The notes beneath the pieces are model-generated. The model did no database searches and was not told the origin of the DNA. It worked only from the letters and a program-made list of their open reading frames with translations. 60,677 nt of DNA from an uncultured Clostridia bacterium (GTDB lineage: Bacteria; Bacillota; Clostridia; TANB77; CAG-508), in assembly GCA_947626555.1 (NCBI GenBank), contig CANQSP010000002.1, positions 1 through 60,677 on the forward strand, in the 5' to 3' direction. Made by a program: the position numbers and the translations under genes. Of the stretch, positions 1 through 8,606 are shown in pieces; position 1 is the first letter of the stretch, and every line of letters starts with the position of its first letter.

Positions 1-397
1 CGTAGGAGTCTGGGCCGTATCTCAGTCCCAATGTGGCCGTTCAACCTCTCAGTCCGGCTACTGATCGTCGACTTGGTAGGCCATTGCCCCACCAACTATC
101 TAATCAGACGCGAGCCCATCTGTTAGCGGATTACTCCTTTCCCACTAGAACCATGTGGTTCTTATGGCATATGCGGTATTAGCAATGATTTCTCACTGTT
201 ATTCCCCTCTAACAGGCAGGTTGCTCACGCGTTACTCACCAGTCCGCCACTAAAGCCATTGTTGTAAGTCAATTTCCACTTTCTTCGAACAAGTTCTCTG
301 TCCGCGTCCACATCATTACAACGACTTCCGTTCGACTTGCATGTCTTATGTGCGCCGCCAGCGTTTATCCTGAGCCAGGATCAAACTCTCTTGTTAT
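1..397 (-). rRNA. rrs: 16S rRNA, 5-prime ~395 nt only (rest lies beyond the window start)
   Basis: Reverse complement of 361-390 reads GAGAGTTTGATCCTGGCTCAGGATAAACGC and continues to CATGCAAGTCGAACGG. Reverse complement of 1-20 ends ACGGCCCAGACTCCTACG (universal ~340-357 region). The exact mature 5-prime end is estimated. Confidence 0.95.
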
Positions 398-652
398 TGT
401 ATCTATATTTTCAGTTTCTTCTGTATAATATATTGTTGCTCTTCTAAGAAGTTCACAATTTATTACACAATACAAACTTACATATAAATCATTTTTGAGT
501 TTTAGCTCTTAAATAAATTTTGGTTTTGTTTTGGTAGTACTAATTACTACCGTTTGGTTTATCTTCAAAGGTTTGTTTATTGTTTATTTTTCAATGTACT
601 TTGCAAATTGAATTAAATAATATTTTATTATTATTTTCAACAGGCAATACAT

Positions 653-682
653 ATTGTAGCATAATTACTCATTCAATGTCAA
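653..682 (-). promoter_or_regulatory. candidate sigma-A promoter of the rRNA operon
   Basis: Minus strand reads TTGACA (682-677), 18 nt, then TGCTACAAT (extended -10, hexamer 658-653). Long A/T tracts at 690-730 lie upstream and could act as an UP element. Confidence 0.5.
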
Positions 683-851
683 CACATTTTTTTATTTTTT
701 TTTATTTTTATTTTTTTATCTTTATTTTTCGTTGAAATTTCAACAAAAAGAAGTTTCATTTTTTTTGAAACTTCATAAAATTTTATTTATTTTTACTACG
801 CAAATATACTTTTTAGGACAAATTAATAATATTTTTCACTATAATCCTAAT

Positions 852-1079
852 TCATTTAATGTTCCGCATATAAACTCCACCTGGCAAAGTATTCCTTTTA
901 CTATTAGATTGTTCATTAATTCTTTCTTCATTTGTACTATAAGCTGAATCCATTTCATTTGTTTTTCCTGCACTATCTACATTTAGCATATTAATTACGA
1001 ATAATATAATTACTACTATTACTATCATAAATATTAAAATTAATGCTACTAATGGTATACCTCTTTTTTCTTTTTTCAT
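852..1079 (-). CDS. small membrane-anchored protein (75 aa), unknown function
   Basis: ATG 1079 lies 6 nt after AGGAGG. One N-terminal TM helix (IPLVALILIFMIVIVVIILFVI). Confidence 0.55.
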   Translation of the reverse strand: MKKEKRGIPLVALILIFMIVIVVIILFVINMLNVDSAGKTNEMDSAYSTNEERINEQSNSKRNTLPGGVYMRNIK

Positions 1080-1240
1080 TTGTGTTCCTCCTATTTTTTG
1101 AAAATTTTCTAAAATAAAATTTATTAATATACTATACTATTATTTTTATTCTTTCAATATTTTTTTACAATTATTTATATATATTTTTTAACTATAAAAT
1201 GGCAAGTAATCATCTCAAAAATAAAATACCTATAATTTTC

Positions 1241-2404
1241 TTAGATGATAGACATTCCATTTTGTAATTTTTCAAAACCTAATTCTTTCAAAATTGTTGC
1301 TGAAATATCTGCATAAGTATCTCTTATTCCTATATTTCTTCCTTCTTTCATATTCTTGCTATACATTAAAATAGGAATATATTCTCTTGAATGATCTGTA
1401 CTAGGAGTAGATGGATCGTTTCCATGATCTGCAGTTATAATTAATAAATCATTATCTTTCAAACTATTCATTATTTCAGGCAATTTGCTATCAAAAAATT
1501 CTAATGCTTGTTTATATCCCTCTATATTATTCCTATGCCCATAAAGCATATCAAAATCTACTAGATTCGTAAAAATAAGACCAGAAGTATTCCTTTTCAA
1601 TTCCTCTAAAGTTTTTTCTATTCCGTCTTCATTTCCTTTAGTATGAATTGCCTTTGTAATTCCTCTACCCGAAAACAAATCTTCTATTTTTCCTATAGCA
1701 ATTACATCTTTTCCGTTCTCGCTTAATACATCTAACATTGTTCTTCCAAATTTGGTAGATTCAAAGTCTTTTCTATTATATGTTCTTGTAAAATTATCAC
1801 TATTAGTTCCTATAAAAGGTCTTGCTATAACAGTTCCTATATTATATTCTGGTTTGTCTAATATATTTCTTGCAATTTTGCATATTTCATACAATTTAGG
1901 TACAGGAATAACTTTTTCATGCGCAGCAATTTGAAACACACTATCGGCAGAAGTATATATTATTGGATAACCTGTTTTTATATGCTCCTCCCCAAACCTT
2001 TTTAATATTTCTGTTCCTGAACCCACTTCGTTACACAAAATTCCATTTAATCCTGTTTTATTTAAAAATTCTTCTATAAGCTCTTTAGGAAATGCATTTG
2101 GATAAGTTGTAAAAGCTGGATGTTGAATATAACCTGCTATTTCCCAATGTCCCACTGGACTATTTTTTCCATCAGACTGCTCAATGGCTTTTCCATACAT
2201 TCCTATTGGATGTTCTTCTTTTTCTTCTATGCCAATTCCCTCTATATTATATAACCCTAATTTTTTCATGTTTGGAAGTTTTAAATTTGAATTATTATAT
2301 ATTCCCCTTAAAGTATTACTTCCCTCGTCTTTATATTTGTTTGCATCTGGAAGTTCACCTACTCCAAATCCATCAAGCACAATTATAATCGCTCTATTAA
2401 TCAT
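1241..2404 (-). CDS. deoB: phosphopentomutase
   Basis: 387-aa reading from ATG 2404, with AAAGAGG SD 5 nt upstream. The track ORF begins at an upstream TTG at 2431. IIIVLDGFGVG N-terminus and ITADHGNDP metal-site motif. Confidence 0.93.
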   Translation of the reverse strand: MINRAIIIVLDGFGVGELPDANKYKDEGSNTLRGIYNNSNLKLPNMKKLGLYNIEGIGIEEKEEHPIGMYGKAIEQSDGKNSPVGHWEIAGYIQHPAFTTYPNAFPKELIEEFLNKTGLNGILCNEVGSGTEILKRFGEEHIKTGYPIIYTSADSVFQIAAHEKVIPVPKLYEICKIARNILDKPEYNIGTVIARPFIGTNSDNFTRTYNRKDFESTKFGRTMLDVLSENGKDVIAIGKIEDLFSGRGITKAIHTKGNEDGIEKTLEELKRNTSGLIFTNLVDFDMLYGHRNNIEGYKQALEFFDSKLPEIMNSLKDNDLLIITADHGNDPSTPSTDHSREYIPILMYSKNMKEGRNIGIRDTYADISATILKELGFEKLQNGMSII

Positions 2405-2433
2405 AAAAACCTCTTTTCTATAATTATTCAAAA

Positions 2434-4743
2434 TTATTTTTTTATCTGTAATGAATATTCATACATTTTTATTGTTTGAATTTTATTTTCAAATTCATTA
2501 ATTATTATATTTAACTTAAAATCTCTTCTTGCTATTAATTTTGTATCAAATTTATCAAAATTCAACAGTACATCTTTTGATATATCCATACCTAACGGAA
2601 GTGTTTTATTGTTATTATCAAAAAAGATTATATTACTATAATATATTATTGGCATTTGTTCCTTTATATTATATTTGTATAAAATAATTTCATCTTGTTT
2701 AATTTTATTTATGGCATCTTCTGGATTAATACTGCATATTTCAAATCCCTTATTTTCTGTCTCACTTGTTTTGCTATTATATACTGGCATATCATAATTT
2801 GATACAACTTTTCCATAAACTTCTTTTAATAATGTAAGATAATTTTTTATAGTTTCTTTATATTCCTCTATATCAGTTTCTAAATTTACATTTAATATTT
2901 TATATTTTTCTTTTTCAATTTCTCTATGTTTTTTATTATTTAGAAGTTTTATTTTTGTGTTATCTTCAATTACATTTCCAAATATGTCAAAATCTTTTGC
3001 TTTAATATTTTCAATATCTTCTTCATATTCTTTTTTTAATTTTTTAAGATTCTTTTCCAGTATTGTAATATCTCTTTTTAAAATTTTATCTGTATTCAAT
3101 ATTTTAAAAGCTTCTTCATCACTTTTTATTGCAAAAATTGCATCACATTCACTTTTAGAAAATATTTCTCTTTGCTTACTGTCTACTTTCTGCCCCAATT
3201 CCTCTATATCATTTTCATAGTCAAAAGCTTTCCTTAATTTATCATTATGAACGTTTTCATCATTATTTTCACTTTCTACAAGTAGTGCAACTTCATCTTT
3301 GTTCGCATATTTCCAAAAATCAAAAATACTTTTTTTATGACTTTCAATTTCATTTATATATAAAGTAGCATTCCTAATTTTTCTTTCAAGATTATCTTTT
3401 TTATTTTCTGCAGCTTTTATATCCATTTGCATATTTTTATATTTTGCTCTTTTTTCTTCTAATTTATTGCCTAAGTTTAGTAAATCTTCTATTGTATATA
3501 ATTCTTTTTCTTCAATCAATTCTTCTTCAATTTTTATTTTTTCTTTTGCATTTTCTGCATTTTCTTTACTCTTTGTACTGTCTACATTCATTGCTTTCAC
3601 TTTTTTACTGTTTTTCTTTCCTTGAAAATAATATTTCATTTTACCAAAAAAACTTTTTTTACATTCTAAAAAAGTAACTATTTGCTTTTCTTTAAAAGAA
3701 TATTCTTCATTTTGTTTTTTTATTGTTTTATTTAATAATTCTAACTTTTCAGCATCAAATAATAATTCTGTTGAAAGTTTTTCATATTCATTTTTATTTC
3801 TTATAAACTCATTTTTTAGAAAATCTGGTAAAGTACTATAATTAACTTTTTTTAACTCATAAAAAAAGTCTATTGCACCTTTTTCATTTATTACTACTTT
3901 AAATTTATATTCTTGAGGTATTTCGCTTTGTAATATAAATAAAGCTTTTATTAGTTTATATATCTCTCCTGCTTCTTTTTTGTTTGATAATTCTATTTTA
4001 TATATGCTTTTAATTTTATCATATACTTCAGTTTGCCCTATAATTTGCAAACTTGCATTATCTGCTTTATCATAAACTTCATATATTGATGGCCACGATT
4101 TAGTAAATAGCCATAAATAGTTTTCTAAATCAGCTATTTCTGATTTTTTTAAAATACCACTTGAATATTCTAAATGGCTTATAGGTACATATATTAATTC
4201 TTTTTTCTTTGATTTTTGTGATTGAATTTTTTTCTTTATAACATAAAATAAACTTTCTACACTATCTTCTCTACTTGGAAATAGCATAAAATATTTTTTA
4301 GATACTTCTGAATAAAATATTTGCCATATAAAATTTTCTTTATATTTTACTTCATATGGTATTTGCTTATTTAATTGTTCTTGTGCTTTTTCTAGTTCTT
4401 GCAATTTACCAATGTCTAATTTTTTTAACATTTCTAAAAATGATGTATATTTTTCTATACTATCAGCATTTTTTTCTATATTTTCTTCGGTTGTTATATA
4501 ATCTGCTAAATAACTTGCCTTTTTAAATTTTTGATTCAAATCATCTAGCCTGTCTGATGGAGTTACAAATATTTCTATATCTTTTATATTTACATATTTA
4601 TATATTTTATAGCTTGTGTCATCATATATTTTATCCGTTCTGAACTTTATAGCTTCCTTCTGTTTTAAACAGGCTGGTATATTTTCTATATCTAACCCAA
4701 TATATTTTAACTTTTCTTCTATTTCTTTTGTGTTTTTAGACAT
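2434..4743 (-). CDS. large K/E-rich coiled-coil protein (769 aa), unknown function
   Basis: Uninterrupted ORF. ATG 4743 lies 5 nt after AAGGAGG. It ends 29 nt before the deoB ATG, so it is probably co-transcribed. No catalytic motif recognised. Confidence 0.7.
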   Translation of the reverse strand: MSKNTKEIEEKLKYIGLDIENIPACLKQKEAIKFRTDKIYDDTSYKIYKYVNIKDIEIFVTPSDRLDDLNQKFKKASYLADYITTEENIEKNADSIEKYTSFLEMLKKLDIGKLQELEKAQEQLNKQIPYEVKYKENFIWQIFYSEVSKKYFMLFPSREDSVESLFYVIKKKIQSQKSKKKELIYVPISHLEYSSGILKKSEIADLENYLWLFTKSWPSIYEVYDKADNASLQIIGQTEVYDKIKSIYKIELSNKKEAGEIYKLIKALFILQSEIPQEYKFKVVINEKGAIDFFYELKKVNYSTLPDFLKNEFIRNKNEYEKLSTELLFDAEKLELLNKTIKKQNEEYSFKEKQIVTFLECKKSFFGKMKYYFQGKKNSKKVKAMNVDSTKSKENAENAKEKIKIEEELIEEKELYTIEDLLNLGNKLEEKRAKYKNMQMDIKAAENKKDNLERKIRNATLYINEIESHKKSIFDFWKYANKDEVALLVESENNDENVHNDKLRKAFDYENDIEELGQKVDSKQREIFSKSECDAIFAIKSDEEAFKILNTDKILKRDITILEKNLKKLKKEYEEDIENIKAKDFDIFGNVIEDNTKIKLLNNKKHREIEKEKYKILNVNLETDIEEYKETIKNYLTLLKEVYGKVVSNYDMPVYNSKTSETENKGFEICSINPEDAINKIKQDEIILYKYNIKEQMPIIYYSNIIFFDNNNKTLPLGMDISKDVLLNFDKFDTKLIARRDFKLNIIINEFENKIQTIKMYEYSLQIKK

Positions 4744-4937
4744 TTCGTCCTCCTTAACATTATTGATGTTTTTTCTAATTATTTTGTAGTTCTTTTTTAG
4801 TATAACACACTTTATTTTTTGCAACAATAGAATTTTTGTATTTTATTAACATTGACAAAAATAATAAACTTTTATTAAAAAATACTATTGACACAAATTA
4901 ATTGATTATTTTATAATCCTTGTTAGGAGGTATATAT

Positions 4938-5891
4938 ATGAATAAAAAAATAATTTTTATAATATTAGCTATAGTTATTATTTTAGTAGTAGCTATTGGA
5001 GGAATTGTATTTCTAAACAATAATAATGAAGGAAATTCTACTCAACCTTTTAATTCTAGCAATAAATCATCAAATGATGGAACTACATCTTCCACTCAAC
5101 AGGCAGAATCTATTGAAGATTTACCAAAATATAATAATTACAAATTATATGAAATAAAAGATGCTGTTAATGAAGATTGGTTTACAAAAATAGGTGAAGT
5201 CGGAGAACTAAAAAAATCTGCTTCAACTGACAACCCTTTTAATTACAGTGATGTCATTTTAGGATACAATGAAAAAACAAAAAAGCAATATTTATATCCT
5301 GATGCTATAATTATTCAAGGGAAAAATGATAAAAAAGAATTCGAACAAACTGTAATAAAAAAAGAGCAATATGATACTGGTGATGGCTATGAATTTGTAA
5401 AAAATGTTTTAAAAATATCTGGATCTACAGACGATGAGATTGAGGAAATAATATTAGATAATTTTAAGATAACAGATGAAGATATTAATAAAGAAGTAGA
5501 ATCACTAAGTAAGTATTCTGAAACATCAGCACAAAAATATAAGGATAGAATGACAGTTCCTCATTCTAATACTGTAAGTAAACAAATGCCATGGAACTTC
5601 TACAAAAATTTACGAGCAGATGCATTCAATTTTAAAGTTGAGGCTTGGGAAGTTCCAAATGAAATGAATGAAATCGCAACTTATAGCTTTAATATTTCAG
5701 GAAATTGTGGTGATCAATATAAAGATTTTGGCGGTGAATATAGAATAATATTAGTTTATGATGATTTAAAGGCTAATGTAAACATTTCATATAGTGAAAA
5801 TGATGATGTAAAATATTATGCAAAATTTTATTATTATTCAGGAATACTTGATAAAGATGCTTATGAAAAGTATTCTAATAGTGAAGATTAA
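4938..5891 (+). CDS. membrane-anchored protein (317 aa), unknown function
   Basis: ATG 4938 lies 7 nt after AGGAGG. N-terminal TM helix IIFIILAIVIILVVAIGGIVF followed by an N/S/T-rich linker. Confidence 0.65.
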   Translation: MNKKIIFIILAIVIILVVAIGGIVFLNNNNEGNSTQPFNSSNKSSNDGTTSSTQQAESIEDLPKYNNYKLYEIKDAVNEDWFTKIGEVGELKKSASTDNPFNYSDVILGYNEKTKKQYLYPDAIIIQGKNDKKEFEQTVIKKEQYDTGDGYEFVKNVLKISGSTDDEIEEIILDNFKITDEDINKEVESLSKYSETSAQKYKDRMTVPHSNTVSKQMPWNFYKNLRADAFNFKVEAWEVPNEMNEIATYSFNISGNCGDQYKDFGGEYRIILVYDDLKANVNISYSENDDVKYYAKFYYYSGILDKDAYEKYSNSED

Positions 5892-5910
5892 TTTAAGTCA
5901 AAGTAATTAT

Positions 5911-5935
5911 CCCCCAGCTAAGCTGGGGGCTTTTT
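5911..5935 (+). terminator. rho-independent terminator
   Basis: CCCCCAGCT-A-AGCTGGGGG hairpin followed by CTTTTT, 20 nt after the stop at 5891. Confidence 0.8.
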
Positions 5936-6150
5936 ACTGTCTGTAAGCTTCTGGCTATGTCGGTAACTTACAAACAGTAAAATCAGCAATGCTAAAAGTC
6001 ATTGCTGATTTTTTATGTAGTAAAATTTTATTTTTTTATAAAAATTAAAACTATCCATTTCACTTGTTTATTTCAGAATAATATTATATAATATGTTCAT
6101 AATTTGATAAAAGACCTTTTAATCAAGGCAAAGGAAGGATGATAAAAAAT

Positions 6151-7542
6151 ATGGAAAATACTTTAGTAAAAGATTTATACAGAAATACAGAAAAATTTGC
6201 AGAAAAAAACGTACAAGTTTCTGGTTGGGTAAGAACAGTTAGAGACTCTAAAACATTTGGATTTATAGAATTAAATGATGGCTCTTTCTATTCTAATGTT
6301 CAAATTGTATTTGATGATAAATTAGAAAATTTTGATGAAATTTGTAAATTATCAATTAGTTCTTCTATTATTGTAGAAGGAACTGTTGTAAAAACTGAAA
6401 ATGCAAAGCAACCTTTTGAAATTAAGGCTTCAAAAGTTGAAATTTACGATTTATCTGATAGTGATTATCCTCTTCAGAAAAAAAGACATTCTTTTGAATA
6501 TTTAAGAACTATTGCACACTTACGTCCAAGGACAAATACTTTTAATGCAGTTTTTAGAGTTCGTAGTGTTTTATCTTATGCAATACACAAGTTCTTTAAC
6601 GAAAGAGGCTTTGTGTATGTTCATACACCAATTATAACAAGTAGTGACGCAGAAGGTGCAGGAGAAATGTTTAGCGTTTCTTCTATGGATTATAATAATC
6701 TTCCTAAGTGCGAAGATGGAAGTGTTGATTTTTCAAAAGATTTCTTTGGAAAAAATGCTCATCTTACTGTAAGTGGCCAATTAGACGTTGAAAACTATGC
6801 ATTTGCTTTTAGAAATGTATATACCTTTGGTCCTACTTTTAGAGCTGAAAATTCAAATACTGTAAAGCATGCTGCAGAATTTTGGATGATTGAACCTGAA
6901 ATGTGTTTTGCAGATTTAAATGACGACATGAATTTAGCAGAGGACATGATTAAATACATTATTTCATATGTATTAGAAAATGCTCCTGAAGAAATGGAAT
7001 TTTTTGATAAATTCATTGCCCCTGGATTATTAGAAAGGTTGCACCATGTTGTTAATTCTGAATTTGGAAGAATCACATATACAGATGCAATTAAAGAACT
7101 AGAAAAAAATAATGACAATTTTGAATATAAAGTATTTTGGGGAGCTGACATTCAAACTGAGCATGAAAGATATTTAAGTGAAACTGTTTTTGGAAGACCA
7201 GTATTTGTTACAGATTACCCAAAAGAAATAAAAGCATTTTATATGAAACAAAATCCTGATGGTAAAACTGTTGCTGCAACTGACCTTTTAGTACCTGGAA
7301 TTGGAGAACTAATCGGTGGTAGCCAAAGAGAAGAAGATTTAGAAAAATTAAAAACTAGAATGAAAGAATTAGGACTTAAAGAAGAAGATTACTGGTGGTA
7401 TTTAGATTTACGTCGTTTTGGTAGTAGCAAACATGCAGGTTTTGGTTTAGGTTTTGAAAGAATGATGATGTATTTAACTGGTATGCAAAATATTCGTGAT
7501 GTTATTCCTTTCCCTAGAACACCAAAAAATTGTGAATTTTAA
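6151..7542 (+). CDS. asnS: asparagine--tRNA ligase
   Basis: Class II aaRS motifs [16 protein letters not shown] and [12 protein letters not shown], plus an N-terminal OB-fold region. Start set at ATG 6151 (463 aa). The in-frame ATG at 6139 directly abuts the SD and is less likely. Confidence 0.94.
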   Translation: MENTLVKDLYRNTEKFAEKNVQVSGWVRTVRDSKTFGFIELNDGSFYSNVQIVFDDKLENFDEICKLSISSSIIVEGTVVKTENAKQPFEIKASKVEIYDLSDSDYPLQKKRHSFEYLRTIAHLRPRTNTFNAVFRVRSVLSYAIHKFFNERGFVYVHTPIITSSDAEGAGEMFSVSSMDYNNLPKCEDGSVDFSKDFFGKNAHLTVSGQLDVENYAFAFRNVYTFGPTFRAENSNTVKHAAEFWMIEPEMCFADLNDDMNLAEDMIKYIISYVLENAPEEMEFFDKFIAPGLLERLHHVVNSEFGRITYTDAIKELEKNNDNFEYKVFWGADIQTEHERYLSETVFGRPVFVTDYPKEIKAFYMKQNPDGKTVAATDLLVPGIGELIGGSQREEDLEKLKTRMKELGLKEEDYWWYLDLRRFGSSKHAGFGLGFERMMMYLTGMQNIRDVIPFPRTPKNCEF

Positions 7543-7603
7543 ATTTTAGAAAAAATTGTAAAGTATTTATTTTAAAGTGCTTTTAGTTATAAAATTTAAT
7601 AGA

Positions 7604-7638
7604 GCCAACCTATATTTTTAAATATAAGTTGGCTTTTT
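7604..7638 (+). terminator. rho-independent terminator between convergent asnS and the methyltransferase gene
   Basis: GCCAACCTATATTT / AAATATAAGTTGGC stem followed by TTTTT. Confidence 0.75.
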
Positions 7639-7671
7639 GTTTATTTAATACTCTAAATTATATAACTCACA

Positions 7672-8460
7672 TTACAATTTTTTTCTAACATATTCATATA
7701 AAATAACACCTGTTGCAACTGCAGCATTTAGGCTTTCTGTTTTGCCAAGCATTGGAATTTTAACTTTTCTATCTGATATATCTAATATTTCCTTTGAAAC
7801 ACCATTTGCCTCATTTCCTATTACTATTGCCATTTTTTTATATTCTTTTATACTATATATAGTTTCATTCGTGTCTAAACTTGTAGAAATAACTTCAAAT
7901 TTATGCTTTTTTATATTTTTTAAAGTTTGCTCTAAATTTTCTACCTGAATAACATTTACCCTATAAATAGCACCCATAGTAGAACGTACCACTTTAGGAT
8001 TATATGCATCTACTGTTTTATTACTAACTATAACCTGCGTTAAATTTACACTATCCAAAGTTCTTAATATAGTGCCTAAATTCCCCGGGTCTTGAATTCC
8101 GTCCAATACAAGTATAATATCTTCATCATATTTAATTTGTTCTTCATTTCCTTTTTGATCTATTACTGCTAAAATTCCCTGTGGATTTGTTACATCAGAA
8201 AGCGTTTCAAATACTTTTTCTGTTACATAAACACAATCCTTCTTTGCTATTTCATACATCAAACTCTTTTTAATCATTCCGCTATTAGCACAGTCTTCAC
8301 AAATTACAATCTTCTTAATATCAGCATTTTCTTGTATAGCCTCTTCTACTAGCTTTATTCCCTCTACAATAAATTCTTTATTTAGATCTCTATATTTCTT
8401 CTCTTTTAGCTTTTTTATATTTTTAACAATTTCATTATCTTTACTTGATATTACTTGCAT
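7672..8460 (-). CDS. TrmH/SpoU-family RNA 2-prime-O-methyltransferase (RlmB-like)
   Basis: SpoU motifs LVLDGIQDPGNLGTILRT, VIGNEANGVS and ESLNAAVATGVILYE. AAGGAG SD (8468-8473) lies 7 nt before ATG 8460. Confidence 0.88.
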   Translation of the reverse strand: MQVISSKDNEIVKNIKKLKEKKYRDLNKEFIVEGIKLVEEAIQENADIKKIVICEDCANSGMIKKSLMYEIAKKDCVYVTEKVFETLSDVTNPQGILAVIDQKGNEEQIKYDEDIILVLDGIQDPGNLGTILRTLDSVNLTQVIVSNKTVDAYNPKVVRSTMGAIYRVNVIQVENLEQTLKNIKKHKFEVISTSLDTNETIYSIKEYKKMAIVIGNEANGVSKEILDISDRKVKIPMLGKTESLNAAVATGVILYEYVRKKL

Positions 8461-8471
8461 TTCTAATCTCC

Positions 8472-8606
8472 TTTAAACTATTAGGGACGGGGTTAAATAG
8501 TTTAGCTGTATTAAAACTATTCACCCTTTTTCCCTAACAGCTCTATATTATTTAAAAACTCCTTAATTTCAGCTAAACTATTTAACCCCGTCCCTAATAG
8601 TTTATA
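8472..8606. repeat. mini copy of the nested-palindrome element (outer hairpin pair only, plus one degenerate module)
   Basis: 8472-8506 TTTAAACTATTAGGGACGGGGTTAAATAGTTTAGC and 8572-8606 GCTAAACTATTTAACCCCGTCCCTAATAGTTTATA are inverted copies of the outer modules seen at 12061, 20048 and 27834. 8513-8543 looks like a decayed third module. Confidence 0.85.

Noticed and set aside
732-947. 71-aa + strand ORF in the rRNA upstream region
   Set aside because: It has no SD, AT-rich low-complexity composition, and overlaps the better-supported minus-strand 75-aa gene.
5892-6138. T-box leader upstream of asnS
   Set aside because: The conserved T-box sequence (AATTAGGGTGGTACCGCG-like) and specifier-loop features are absent. 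The hairpins lie upstream of the likely asnS promoter.
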